Source: an uncultured delta proteobacterium (GTDB lineage Bacteria; Myxococcota_A; Polyangia; Polyangiales; Polyangiaceae). From it: DNA of 64,000 bases. The stretch spans positions 320,001-384,000 of the forward strand of contig CAWKKR010000004.1 of assembly GCA_963850305.1 (NCBI GenBank), read 5' to 3'. The notes under the pieces were generated by a model. The model did no database searches, was not told the origin of the DNA, and saw only the letters and a list, made by a program, of their open reading frames with translations. A program made the position numbers and the translations under genes. This document shows, one piece after another, positions 1-10,010 of the stretch; the stretch's first letter is position 1, and each line of letters begins with the position of its first letter.

Positions 1-1
1 C

Positions 2-547
2 GCTTGCGAAAAGGCCGCGGCTTTCATTTGCTTGTGCGACTCTTTCCACGTCCCTCTCGTGTTTTTGCACGATACACCGGGCTTTTTCGTCAGCCGGGCC
101 GCCGAAGAAAAGAAGATGCCGCTGCGGATCATGACGTTCATCGAGGCATTGCATCACAGCACCGTGCCGCGGCTCTCGGTGGTGATCCGGAAATCCTACG
201 GCATGGCCCACTGCAACATGAGCGGCGGCAACATGCGCAGCGACGCGCTCTACGCCTGGCCGACCGCGGATGTCTCTTTCATGGCGCCCGAGGTCGCGGC
301 GAACGTCGTCTTCGGCCGCAAAGTGGAAGACTTTGCCGAACCCGACGGCCCGCGCGCCGCGCTCGTCGAGCAAATGAAGCACCTCAACGCGCCGTGGGAT
401 GCCGCCGGACTCGGCCTCTTCCACGACGTCATCGATCCCCGGGACACGCGCCGCGTCCTGAGCGAATCCCTGACCCGCGCGCTCGGCCCGGGTGGCGACC
501 GCGGCAAGAGTCGGAGGTCGCTCGCAACCTGGCCGCGGATGTTCTGA
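2..547 (+). CDS. Acyl-CoA carboxylase carboxyltransferase (beta) subunit, C-terminal part; 5' end outside the window
   Basis: Frame open from the window edge (ACEKAAAFICLCDSFHVPLVFLHDTPGF...IRKSYGMA...AWPTADVSFMAPE...DVIDPRDTR), typical carboxyl-transferase motifs. Confidence 0.88.
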   Translation, partial: ACEKAAAFICLCDSFHVPLVFLHDTPGFFVSRAAEEKKMPLRIMTFIEALHHSTVPRLSVVIRKSYGMAHCNMSGGNMRSDALYAWPTADVSFMAPEVAANVVFGRKVEDFAEPDGPRAALVEQMKHLNAPWDAAGLGLFHDVIDPRDTRRVLSESLTRALGPGGDRGKSRRSLATWPRMF

Positions 548-671
548 TCGGGTCACGTGCTCCCACGGCCGGCCTGCGCACGTGGAAGTGGAAAAATGAG
601 CCTATGCCGTTGCTCGCCGGAAGACAGGAACATCACGAAAGCTGCGACGAGCTGTCCGCGAGGGGAAGATC

Positions 672-1364
672 ATGCAACTGAACCTACCCGTTCTCGATCG
701 ATACGCTCCGTTCCTCGGCAAACGTCGTCCGAGCGTAGCCCTCGCGTTCGAACGCATTGCCACCAAGAAGAACCCGATCATCGTCGAACTCGGCGCGTCT
801 CGCAGCTATGTCAGCGGCGGAAATGAAGGTTGCATGGACGATGACCCAAAGTACTGGGATTCCACTCGACCGGAGCGATGGGACTGGGGCGCAGGGATTT
901 TTAGTCGCGTTTGCGCCGAGGTGATTGCGGGCACCGGTGCGTCGCTTCATTCGATCGACCCTTCTCCGAAAGCCATGCGCATCTCGAAAATGATCACGAG
1001 CGGCATCGACGCCAACGTTTCGTTCCATCAAACGACGTCGACGGAATTCTTGCGCTCGCTGGGCGAGCCGATCGATTTACTCTATATGGATCACCACGAA
1101 ACCTGCGAAGAAGGCGCATTGCTTCATCAGATGGACGCCGAGCTCATCGTCGAGCAAGCGCTCATTGCGGGGGATGGGACGATCTTGATCGACGACATCC
1201 ACGTAGACGGACCCGTACGTGAACGCGCGACGCGGATCTTTCGCGGGCTCGTCGGGAAAGGCCATTTACACTACGGCAAGGGCAAGTACTCGATTCCGTA
1301 CCTATGCGACCATGGCTTCGAAGTGCTCTACGCGGGTTACCAGGTCGTCCTCGGTTCGAAGTAA
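672..1364 (+). CDS. Class I SAM-dependent methyltransferase-like protein
   Basis: IVELGASR motif I-like, SIDPS, IDLLYMD and ILIDD motifs; AGGGGAAG RBS upstream. Confidence 0.6.
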   Translation: MQLNLPVLDRYAPFLGKRRPSVALAFERIATKKNPIIVELGASRSYVSGGNEGCMDDDPKYWDSTRPERWDWGAGIFSRVCAEVIAGTGASLHSIDPSPKAMRISKMITSGIDANVSFHQTTSTEFLRSLGEPIDLLYMDHHETCEEGALLHQMDAELIVEQALIAGDGTILIDDIHVDGPVRERATRIFRGLVGKGHLHYGKGKYSIPYLCDHGFEVLYAGYQVVLGSK

Positions 1365-1392
1365 CGGGTCCGGGCTTCCAACGCATCGTCCT

Positions 1393-2247
1393 TCAGCGCG
1401 CGTCCGCGACCCAGTCGGCCCAGTTCGTGTTCTCGTTGCAATAGCCCTCGATGTAGCTGCGGAGATCGTGCACGGACACCGAGCCGCTCCCGAGAGCCAG
1501 GCGACCGGTATCCCCCATGTCGACGACCACGAACCCGCTGGTCGTCGAGAATTTCATCGCGTACAGGCCCGGGACGGTGCCGCCGCAGCCGCCCGGCAGG
1601 TCGGTCGTGCACGGCAATCGCACGTGGTCGACGCTGTATCCCAGATCCGCCGCGAGACCGCCTCCGTCGTCGGCGGCGACGTACAGTCCCGACGCGGCCT
1701 TCGCCGGATTCTGCTTTCCGCCGAGTGCATCGAGACTCGACACGACGATGTCCGTCGAGCACCCGAGGGTCGAGCATTTGCGCACGAAATGCACGTGCGC
1801 GAGCGCAGTGGGCATAATCGCCTCAGAAAGGTCTAGCCCCAGGGCATCGATGGTCACACTCGAATCGGAGCTTTCGCCGACTGGGCGGATCGAAAATTGC
1901 GAAATGCCGACGGCGTCCACCTCACCGTCGAACGCAAAGTCGGCATTCGACGTCGGGTCGCCCGCGTTCAGAGCAGCGTCGCTCGAAACGAGGTCGATGT
2001 ACGCCGCATCCGACGTCATTCTGCATGCGAGATTTCCCGCACCCGAATCCACGCCGGAGGATGCAGTTGACACGGTTCCGGCGGGTGCCCCTCGAGCGCC
2101 GGTGCCCGCGTCCGACTCGGACACCGGGATCGGATCTCTCGACCCGTCGCCTGGTGGGACGCCCGTGCAACCGCTCGAAGAGCCCGTGATCAGCGTGGCC
2201 ACGACCAAACCAGGGAGACCAGCAGCACTGTTGCGAATGATCGACAT
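1393..2247 (-). CDS. Hypothetical exported/lipoprotein
   Basis: MSIIRN... hydrophobic stretch ending SSGC, then a G/S/D-rich linker and a Cys-containing globular domain. Confidence 0.6.
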   Translation of the reverse strand: MSIIRNSAAGLPGLVVATLITGSSSGCTGVPPGDGSRDPIPVSESDAGTGARGAPAGTVSTASSGVDSGAGNLACRMTSDAAYIDLVSSDAALNAGDPTSNADFAFDGEVDAVGISQFSIRPVGESSDSSVTIDALGLDLSEAIMPTALAHVHFVRKCSTLGCSTDIVVSSLDALGGKQNPAKAASGLYVAADDGGGLAADLGYSVDHVRLPCTTDLPGGCGGTVPGLYAMKFSTTSGFVVVDMGDTGRLALGSGSVSVHDLRSYIEGYCNENTNWADWVADAR

Positions 2248-2261
2248 GGGGCAATCGCACG

Positions 2262-2277
2262 AGCACGCGACGTGCCA
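2262..2277 (-). promoter_or_regulatory. Candidate sigma-54 (-24/-12) promoter
   Basis: Minus strand TGGCACGTCGCGTGCT, with correct GG-N10-GC spacing, just upstream of the 2247 start. Confidence 0.4.
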
Positions 2278-2461
2278 CGAGACTCGAAACGCGCGAGATG
2301 AAGTGACCCGCGAGTGAGACGAAACGAGGAATGCCAGCACCAGGAGTGTCGCGCCGGGGTGCCGAGGGTAAGCCTCTGTTGCGTGACGGAGCGCGCGCTC
2401 CGGGTGCCCCAATCGAGATCGGAATGGAAGTCGCGGGAGACCGGAGCCCTCTCCCCCTCTC

Positions 2462-3808
2462 CTACCGCAACGTGACGATCTCCTCCGCCGACGTCGGGTG
2501 AATCGCGATCGTGCGGTCGAGATCGGCCTTGGTCGCGCCCATGCGGAACGCGACGGCGAAGCCCTGGATCATCTCGTCGGCACCGATGCCGATGACGTGA
2601 ATACCGACGACGCGTTCTTCGGGACCCGCGGTGATGAGCTTGACGGTCGTCTTCGGCTTTCGTGCCGTGAGCGCGTAGTGCAGGCTCGTGAACTTGCGGA
2701 TGTATACTTTCATGCTCGAGCCGTACTTGGCGAGCGCGGCCTCCTCACGGAGGCCCACGGTACCGACGGGCGGCTGGCTGAAGACGACGGTGGGCACGCC
2801 TTCGTAGTCGATACGCGCCTCCGTCTCGCCGCCGAAGAGGCGATCGGCGAGCTTGCGGCCCGCGGCGATCGCAACGGGCGTGAGCTGCACGCGGCCAGTA
2901 ACGTCTCCGACGGCGTGAATGCCGGACGCGGTGGTGTTCTGAAAGTCGTCCGCGACGACGTGACCCTCTGCCGTCGTTTCGATGCGCGCGACATCCAGGC
3001 CGATGCCCGACGAGTTCGGCGTGCGGCCGATCGCAGCTATCACGCAGTCGTAAGGTCCGCGCCGCGAACCGTCCGCGAGCTCGAGGCTCAGCGCCGAGCC
3101 CCGCTCGCGCTCGAGACTCGCGATGCGGGTATTGCGTTCGAGCGCGATGCCGGCGTCCGTCAGATGCTCGGCGAGCGCGGCGCGCAGCGTCGGGTCGAAC
3201 CCGCGCAGCGGTTCGGTGTCGCGGAAGAGGAGTCTCACGTCGGATCCGAGCCGTTGCAAGATGCCCGCGAGCTCGACGGCGATGTACCCACTCCCGATCA
3301 CGGCGACCCGAGCCGGTAGCGATTCGAGCTCGAAGAAGCCGTCGGAGGTCGTGCAGAGTTCCGCGCCCCGAAATTCGGGGAGGCGGGGACGCGCACCGGT
3401 GGCGAGCAAGATGCGATCAGCCGAGTATTTGCGGCCAGCCACGTCGAGGACGTGCGGCTCGATGAAGCATCCGCGTCCTTCGATGCGCGTCACGCCCTCG
3501 TGTTCCAGGTTGCGGGCGTAGACCGCGTTCAGGAAGCGGACATAGGCGTCGCGGCCCGCCTTGAGGCGCGCGAAGTCGAGCGCACCCGGCGAGACGTCGA
3601 AGCCGTACTCCGCGGCTTCCCCGACCGCTTCGGCGAGCGTCGCGGCCGTCCACATGATCTTCTTTGGAACGCAGCCGACGTTGACGCACGTGCCGCCGAG
3701 CTTTCCGGCCTCGACTAGCGCGACCTTCGCTCCGTACGACGCTGCCCGACGCGCCGACGCGACGCCGCCGCTGCCGCCGCCGAGAACCAGGTAGTCGAAT
3801 CGATCCAT
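2462..3808 (-). CDS. gor: Glutathione-disulfide reductase
   Basis: GGGSGG FAD motif, [13 protein letters not shown] redox dithiol, [19 protein letters not shown]-terminal IHPTSAEE. Confidence 0.93.
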   Translation of the reverse strand: MDRFDYLVLGGGSGGVASARRAASYGAKVALVEAGKLGGTCVNVGCVPKKIMWTAATLAEAVGEAAEYGFDVSPGALDFARLKAGRDAYVRFLNAVYARNLEHEGVTRIEGRGCFIEPHVLDVAGRKYSADRILLATGARPRLPEFRGAELCTTSDGFFELESLPARVAVIGSGYIAVELAGILQRLGSDVRLLFRDTEPLRGFDPTLRAALAEHLTDAGIALERNTRIASLERERGSALSLELADGSRRGPYDCVIAAIGRTPNSSGIGLDVARIETTAEGHVVADDFQNTTASGIHAVGDVTGRVQLTPVAIAAGRKLADRLFGGETEARIDYEGVPTVVFSQPPVGTVGLREEAALAKYGSSMKVYIRKFTSLHYALTARKPKTTVKLITAGPEERVVGIHVIGIGADEMIQGFAVAFRMGATKADLDRTIAIHPTSAEEIVTLR

Positions 3809-3932
3809 GAACTCGTGGTCGCGCCTCGATAAGCTCATATACCAGCGCGGCGCGATCTCGAGTGACGTTCGCTCGCGGAATGCCGGTTTCTTGGGGCGTC
3901 GCGGCGCGTCGTGCCACCGTTTCGTTCCCGCG

Positions 3933-4625
3933 ATGACACGATCCCGGACGGCACCACTCGCTCTTGCAGCCGCTTACGCGCTGTCGGGATGCACGCGCGC
4001 GGCCCAGCCGGCGGCCGCGCCTTCCGGGATCGGGACGACGCTCACGGAAGCGCGCGCCGCACACGGAGCACCCCGGGTCGCGCGACGCGGGCATCGCGGC
4101 GAGAAGAGTCGTCAGATCCCGGACGGACCCGAGTGCCTCGAGCAGCTCGAGGCAGACGACATTGCGTTCCACGAGCTCGCTCCGCGAGCCGGCATGACGA
4201 CGCCCGTTGCGGTGACCGGACCGATCGGCGGCGTGCGCTACGAGATGAACGGCAACGGCGCTCTCGTGTGCGATTGCCGGCTGGCCGTTGCGCTCGACGA
4301 GATCGGGCCCGAGCTCCGTGGATTCGGCGTGGAAGCCGTGCGGCACTCCGGCGCCTACGTCTATCGAACGACGAAGCGCGGCGGGCCGAGTCTCCACGCC
4401 AGGGGACTCGCCATCGACGTCCACGAAGTCCGCGTCGGAACGCACAGACTGAACGTCCTCCACGACTACGCTCGCGGCGAAACCTCCAACTGTGCCGCGA
4501 GTGCCCCCCTCCTCAACCGTCTCGCGTGCGAGCTCGATCGCACCGGACTCTTCCAACAAGTGCTGACCCCCGATGATAATTATGATCACCGCGATCACGT
4601 ACATCTGGCGATCGCGCCGCTCTAA
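3933..4625 (+). CDS. Extensin-like C-terminal domain lipoprotein (M15/LAS peptidase-like fold)
   Basis: Lipobox [15 protein letters not shown] and [15 protein letters not shown] motifs. Confidence 0.75.
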   Translation: MTRSRTAPLALAAAYALSGCTRAAQPAAAPSGIGTTLTEARAAHGAPRVARRGHRGEKSRQIPDGPECLEQLEADDIAFHELAPRAGMTTPVAVTGPIGGVRYEMNGNGALVCDCRLAVALDEIGPELRGFGVEAVRHSGAYVYRTTKRGGPSLHARGLAIDVHEVRVGTHRLNVLHDYARGETSNCAASAPLLNRLACELDRTGLFQQVLTPDDNYDHRDHVHLAIAPL

Positions 4626-4663
4626 CTCGGCCGCGAGTCGAGCGGAGTCGACCCGGCTGCAGA

Positions 4664-5353
4664 TCAGCCGAACCGCGCCGTCAGAAGCCGCGCGGTGAAC
4701 TGCGTTCGCAGGTAGAAGCCTCGCGGGAGCGTCGCGAAGACGACCCCGTCCGGGTCGACGCCGCGCCGCCGCGAGGCGGCGCTGGCCGCCTTGGGTCTGA
4801 CCTGGAGAAATTGCCCCAGGTGCCCGCTGATCCGCTCGACGTCGCCGCGCCCGATGATGCCCGCGAGCTCCTCCCAGTCCGCGCGAAGAGCCGTCTCTTC
4901 GGCATCGCTCGGGCTCCAGAAGAAGGGCGTGCCGATCCGGCGCGAAGCGACGGGAAGGGCCCGTTCGCCCTCGACCGGAACCCACAGCACGCGGGCGAGC
5001 TTGCGGCGAACGAGCGACGATTCCCAGTCGGCGTCGGCGATCCGTCGCAGATCGATCGTGCAGACGAAGGTCGATTCACGGGGCGCGCCCGACGTGCCGA
5101 CGGGCAACGTCTTCAATTCGATGGACAGCGCTTCGAAATCGGGGGCCGCACGCGACGCGGCGCTGCCACCGAGCGCGCGCTCCACGAGCTCCCCGACGAA
5201 CCCCTTCGCGCGGCGCAGATCCGGGGGCACCGCGACGCCGAAGCGGGCGGCGACGTCGGCGAGGCAAAGCCCGGAAAGCGCATCGGCGCGGTCGCGGAGT
5301 TCCGCTTCCGACCGGGGCGGCTCGACGCGGTTCAAGACGGGGGCGATCCTCAT
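4664..5353 (-). CDS. mutH: DNA mismatch repair endonuclease MutH
   Basis: Colinear with E. coli MutH as recalled: PPRSEAEL, AKGFVG, PDF...IELKTLPV (PD-(D/E)xK catalytic), ESTFVC, VLWVPVEGER, DWEEL, LQVRPKAA, LPRGFYL; ATGA overlap with sppA stop. Confidence 0.9.
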   Translation of the reverse strand: MRIAPVLNRVEPPRSEAELRDRADALSGLCLADVAARFGVAVPPDLRRAKGFVGELVERALGGSAASRAAPDFEALSIELKTLPVGTSGAPRESTFVCTIDLRRIADADWESSLVRRKLARVLWVPVEGERALPVASRRIGTPFFWSPSDAEETALRADWEELAGIIGRGDVERISGHLGQFLQVRPKAASAASRRRGVDPDGVVFATLPRGFYLRTQFTARLLTARFG

Positions 5354-7053
5354 TCCAGGCGAATGTCGAACGGAAGGAGCGCGAGCACCCGCTCCCCGGA
5401 GAAGTATTCTGCGAGCGCGAGGGGTCGGGCCAGGAGCTCGGGGAGCCCGCCGTTCGCTCCCCGCCACGCGATCCGGACGGGCAAGCCGCGCCGCCCGACT
5501 CGCGGGCGAACGATGCGGAGTGGCGCGTCCGGATCCTTGCCGAGTATCGTCCGCACCTTCGCGAGCGCTTCGGCAAGTCCGCCATGGGCATCGACCAGGC
5601 CGTTTGCCAGAGCCTGACGCCCGGTCCACACGCGGCCCTCCGCCACGGCACGGATCTCTTCGACCGTGCGCCCCCGGCCCTCCGCCATGCGCGCGAGAAA
5701 GTGACCGTAGTGCGCGTCGAGATCGGCCTCGAGCTTCGCGAGATCGTCCTCGGTGAACGGGCGGGCTTCCGAGAAGAATCCGGCGCGGCGCCCGCGTGCG
5801 ACGAGCTCTTTCTTGATGCCGAGCCTCTCGTAGAGGAGGCTTGCGTCGAATTTCCCGGCCAGAACGCCGATGGAGCCAGTGATCGTCGTGGGCGATGCGA
5901 AGATCGTCGCGCCACGAATACCGGCCACGAAGTAGCCGCCGGAGGCCGCGACGTCCACCATCGAGACGACGAGAGGCTTCGACTTCGACGCGCGGGTGAG
6001 CGCGCGCCACATCGAATCGCTCGCGAGCGCGCTTCCGCCCGGTGAATCTACGCGGAGGACGATGGCTTGCACGCGAGGATCTTCGGCAAGGGCGTCGACG
6101 CTCTCGATGAAGTGGCGTGAGCCTGTCGCGCGCACTCCGCTCCGCCCAGGGACACTGGCGCCGCTCTTGATGGCGCCCTTCACGTCGACGAGCGCAACGC
6201 GGAGCCCTTTCCCGCGCTTCATCAGATGCGTGCTCAGGCGGAGGTACGCGTCGAGCGAGAGGGACCGCCACTTCCCGACACTTTCCTTCAGCGCTTGCTC
6301 GACCTCGTCCCTGTAAGCGACGGTATCGACGAATCCGAGAGCCTGGGCTTCCGACGCCAGAAACGGTCCGGTGTCCAGCCGGGCGCGGACGTCGTCCGGC
6401 GAGAGCCGGCGCGACGAGGCGATTCTGCCGACCAGTTGCTCGTAGAGATCACCGACGAGCGCCTCCGTCATTTCCCGGTTCGCGGCGGTCATCTCGCTCT
6501 CACCGAAGGTCTCCCGCGCGCTCTTGTACTTTCCGCGTGCGCGGAGCCACGAACGGATGCCGATGCGATCGAGGGCGCCCTTGAGAAACACCACCTCGGA
6601 AGCGACGCCCGTTAGATTCAGCGCGCCCCCGGGCGCCAGGACGATCTCCGTGCCGCCGAGCGCGACGAAATGAGCACCGAGCCCCGCCTCCTCCATGTAA
6701 ACGACGACGCGCTTGCCGGCGTCCCGAACCCGCGCGAGCGCGGCTCGGACTTCGTCTGCGCGCGCGAGCCCGGCGGAAAGCGGGCCGATCTCGACGAAGA
6801 CCGCTTGCAGTCGGTCATCTCGAGCGGCGCGTTCGAGCGCGACGATCAAATCGAGAAGCGCCGCCCCTCGCGACTCCCCCAGCAACGCCGTCGCGAACGA
6901 CGCCGCACCTCGCTTGTCCCGGATGGCTCCGTCGAGACGCAAGGTGAGCACGTCGTACCCGCGGACCAGGACGTAGAGCCGCCGGAAGAGCCACGCGACG
7001 AGGCGGAACGGAAACGAGAGGAGCCCAAGAAGAAGCCGCATTTCGAGGGTCAT
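5350..7053 (-). CDS. sppA: Signal peptide peptidase SppA (protease IV, long form)
   Basis: Two S49 domains; GKYKSA, RVDSPGGS, AASGGY, TITGSIGV, AEGRVWTG. Confidence 0.92.
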   Translation of the reverse strand: MTLEMRLLLGLLSFPFRLVAWLFRRLYVLVRGYDVLTLRLDGAIRDKRGAASFATALLGESRGAALLDLIVALERAARDDRLQAVFVEIGPLSAGLARADEVRAALARVRDAGKRVVVYMEEAGLGAHFVALGGTEIVLAPGGALNLTGVASEVVFLKGALDRIGIRSWLRARGKYKSARETFGESEMTAANREMTEALVGDLYEQLVGRIASSRRLSPDDVRARLDTGPFLASEAQALGFVDTVAYRDEVEQALKESVGKWRSLSLDAYLRLSTHLMKRGKGLRVALVDVKGAIKSGASVPGRSGVRATGSRHFIESVDALAEDPRVQAIVLRVDSPGGSALASDSMWRALTRASKSKPLVVSMVDVAASGGYFVAGIRGATIFASPTTITGSIGVLAGKFDASLLYERLGIKKELVARGRRAGFFSEARPFTEDDLAKLEADLDAHYGHFLARMAEGRGRTVEEIRAVAEGRVWTGRQALANGLVDAHGGLAEALAKVRTILGKDPDAPLRIVRPRVGRRGLPVRIAWRGANGGLPELLARPLALAEYFSGERVLALLPFDIRLE

Positions 7054-7061
7054 GGTACACC

Positions 7062-8670
7062 GTGCGAGTCACGTCGATGCTCCCGTCGTCCGTCCGCGAG
7101 TGGCCCCGCACGAAGCTCGTCTGCGGCGCCATTCCCCTGGCCATCGCGGCTTGCGCGCGTGCGGAAGCTCGCTCGAATGCTGGACCTCCGCCCCAAAGCT
7201 CGATGGAACGGCCGCCGGTCCGCACTGCATCGGCACCCCGGACGCTCGGGGTCGCACGACTCGCGCCGAGAACCGTCGAGATGCCGCGCACGGACGAGGC
7301 AAAGCCCCGCGTTTACGCCAAGTCGCGGATCGTGTGGATTCGCTCTCACCCTGCCTGGAGCTCGGAGTGGCTGGGCTATCTCGTCGCTGGTACTTCGGTC
7401 GCGCTCGCCGACGGTAGACCCATTTATGCTCGCGGCTGTGATGCCTGGTACGCGGTGGTTCCGCGCGGGTACGTCTGCGTCGATCATCGGCGTGCGACGC
7501 TCGAATCCCACGGACCCCGAATTCGTCGCCGTGGAGGCGCGAAGCGCGGACTTCTCGAAGACCGAGCCGTACCGATACGCTCGCTCGCTGGGAGCGGAGC
7601 GCTACGACAGCTTGCCCGATCGGGAGACGCAGCAGGCACGGGAGCCGGATCTGGAACGTCACCTCGAGCTCGTCGAACGCGCGGCGCGAGGCGGGTCGCT
7701 GGATCCGATGCTGGACGGCGTGGACTTGACGGCCGCGCCCGACGACGCCGTCGCGTTCGCGCGGCTGCCCGTGGAGCTGCAGATTCAGCGCCGGACCGTG
7801 CCGCCGGACTCGACCCTCGCCTTCGTGGGCGACTTCAATCACGACGGGCGAGCGTTCCTGCTGACCTCGGATTTCGTGTGGGTGCCGAAAGATCGGGTCG
7901 TGCCGTTTCGCCCGACGACCTTCCGCGGCGTGGCGCTGGATGACGACGTGCACTTACCGCTCGCGTTCGTCCGGGAGCACGACGCGCCCGCGTTCCGCAT
8001 GGATGCGACGGGAAAGCTCGTGCCCACGGCGCGGATATTTCCGCGGCTGAGCTGCGTGGGCCTATCTGGACGGCGCGCCGAAATGGACGGCGTCACCTAC
8101 CTCGAAACGCGCGCGAACGGCGCATGGGTGCTCGACGCCGATGCCGTCCAGCCGGAGCTGCGTGAACGCACGCCCTGGGGTGCCCGGGTCGGCATCCCCG
8201 ACGATGCGCCGTCGCGGCCGCGGGGCCACGCGCGCTGGCTCGAGGCCAGCGTGTATGGAGGTTGGCTCGTTGCTTACGAGGACACGCGACCCGTTTACGT
8301 GACGCTCGTTTCCCCGGGACGCGGTGGAGCCGCGCGGAGCAGTGCACAGCACCTGGAAACTCTCTCGTCTACCCCGCTCGGACAGTTCGCGATCACGGGG
8401 AAGTTCGTCACGGCGACGATGGACGGGCCGCATGGTGACACTCACGCGGAAGTGCCATGGGTCCAGAACTTCTTCGGCGCGCACGCGCTCCACGCGGCGT
8501 ACTGGCACGACGCCTGGGGCGAGCGCGTCAGCGACGGGTGTCTGAACCTGTCACCAGAAGACGCACACTGGCTCTTCGGCTTCACCGAGCCGGTGATGCC
8601 CGCAAACTGGCACGGAGTGCGATGGTCGTCTGCTCTTGGTCCCCCAACGTGGGTGCTGGTGCGTCGGTAG
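7062..8670 (+). CDS. L,D-transpeptidase (YkuD) family lipoprotein, split by a +1 frameshift at 7503-7507
   Basis: N-part in ORF 7062 (lipobox IAAC), C-part in ORF 6670..8670 (VYVTLVSPG, TPLGQFAITGK, HALHAAYWH...SDGCLNLSP). Deleting one A in GAATC gives TLDPTDPEF. Probably a sequencing error; start could be ATG 7077. Confidence 0.8.
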
Positions 8671-8786
8671 CTCGCCCTTCCCACAAGCTCGCACGAAAAT
8701 GAGCCTCTCGCTCTTCTCTCCGGGCCACGATTCGTTAGGCTTGGGACGGTTCGAGAGGCGACCGAAATGCCCCGGACCCAATCACG

Positions 8787-9437
8787 ATGAGCGACGAACC
8801 CGATTCTTTGAAGCTCCGCGCAGAACTCGAAGCCGCACTCGCCGACCGCGACGCGATGGTCGAAGAGCTCGAGCGCCGCACCGCGCAGATGGCGAGCGAA
8901 CGACGGTTGCTCGAGGAGGAGCAAGATCGTTTCGTGTCGCGACTCCTCGTCACGCACGAGCGCGAGCTCCGGAGGGTCCGCGCCGAACTCGACGAGGCAA
9001 GGACCCTGCTCCCGAGACTCGAGGACAGAGTCTCGAAGGAGCAGTCGACCGTGACGCGCCTTCGTGAGGAACGCGATGCGGCGCGCGTGCGAGTCGAACG
9101 AGCACTGGAGCAACGTGAAGCGATGCGCGCCGAACTGAATGCTGCCATCGCCGGGCGAGAGGCCCTGCAGGCGCAACTCGACATCCTCCGGGGAGATCTC
9201 GTGCTCGCGCGATCGATGCTCGAAGACGTCATGCTCGTCGATGCGACGCCCACTCCGATGAGCCCCGCGCGCACGGGCGAGCCGCCCGCCGTGGCCGTTC
9301 CGCGCGAGAGCGAGATCCGACGACCGGGCCGAGGTCGTCACAGCGCACCGCCCAGCACGCGCGAGCGCGAAGGATGGAGGCGGACGGACGCGCCCCGCGC
9401 GACCGGGACGTCGCGAGACAGCCGTCCACCACGCTAG
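8787..9437 (+). CDS. Hypothetical coiled-coil protein
   Basis: Long E/R/L/A heptad-rich region with a disordered tail. Confidence 0.65.
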   Translation: MSDEPDSLKLRAELEAALADRDAMVEELERRTAQMASERRLLEEEQDRFVSRLLVTHERELRRVRAELDEARTLLPRLEDRVSKEQSTVTRLREERDAARVRVERALEQREAMRAELNAAIAGREALQAQLDILRGDLVLARSMLEDVMLVDATPTPMSPARTGEPPAVAVPRESEIRRPGRGRHSAPPSTREREGWRRTDAPRATGTSRDSRPPR

Positions 9438-9530
9438 CCGTCTGGCGGTCGTCCTCCCGGAACACAGCCTCGCTCGGTCGGGCGAACCCTGTCGCGAGCC
9501 TCGGTTGCGACAAGGGCCTGTCGCGACGGC

Positions 9531-9836
9531 TCAGAAACCGAGCTGCTTCTTGCGCTCCTCGGCTCCGGGGTAAGCGTCTCCGGTCGCGTTGATGACCGGG
9601 AGCTTCTTCGCCTTTTCCGCGTTCACCGGCACCCACTCGCGAAGTTCGTCGGGCAGCTGCGATTCGTCGTAGATGGCTTCCACCGGGCACTCTGGAACGC
9701 AGGCACCGCAGTCGATGCACTCGTCGGGATCGATGTAGAGCATCTCGTCGTCCGCGTGGAAGCAGTCCACCGGGCAGACGGCGACACAATCCGTGAAGCG
9801 GCATCGCTTGCAGTTATCGGTGACGACGAAGGTCAT
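9531..9836 (-). CDS. fdxA: 7Fe ferredoxin (FdI/FdxA type)
   Basis: MTFVVTDNCKRCRFTDCVAVCPVDCF...IDPDECIDCGACVPECPVEAI; GAGGA RBS. Confidence 0.93.
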   Translation of the reverse strand: MTFVVTDNCKRCRFTDCVAVCPVDCFHADDEMLYIDPDECIDCGACVPECPVEAIYDESQLPDELREWVPVNAEKAKKLPVINATGDAYPGAEERKKQLGF

Positions 9837-10010
9837 TCTATCCTCTTCTAGCGTCCTATCTTCGCGCTTGGCGCGCGGCGATTCGCCGCGAGTCGCGCGG
9901 AAGATAGCGCGGACCCGGATGGGGACGCAAACGTTCGGATCGGGCGGCGGCGCTCGAGACCCGGCTCGGGTCCGAACCCTAGTTCTCTGCCGTGGTAAGT
10001 TTGGCTTCCG

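Noticed and set aside
593..8706. Shared 11-mer AAAATGAGCCT in two intergenic regions (593-603 and 8696-8706)
   Set aside because: A single 11-bp match 8 kb apart is expected by chance, and the downstream genes are unrelated
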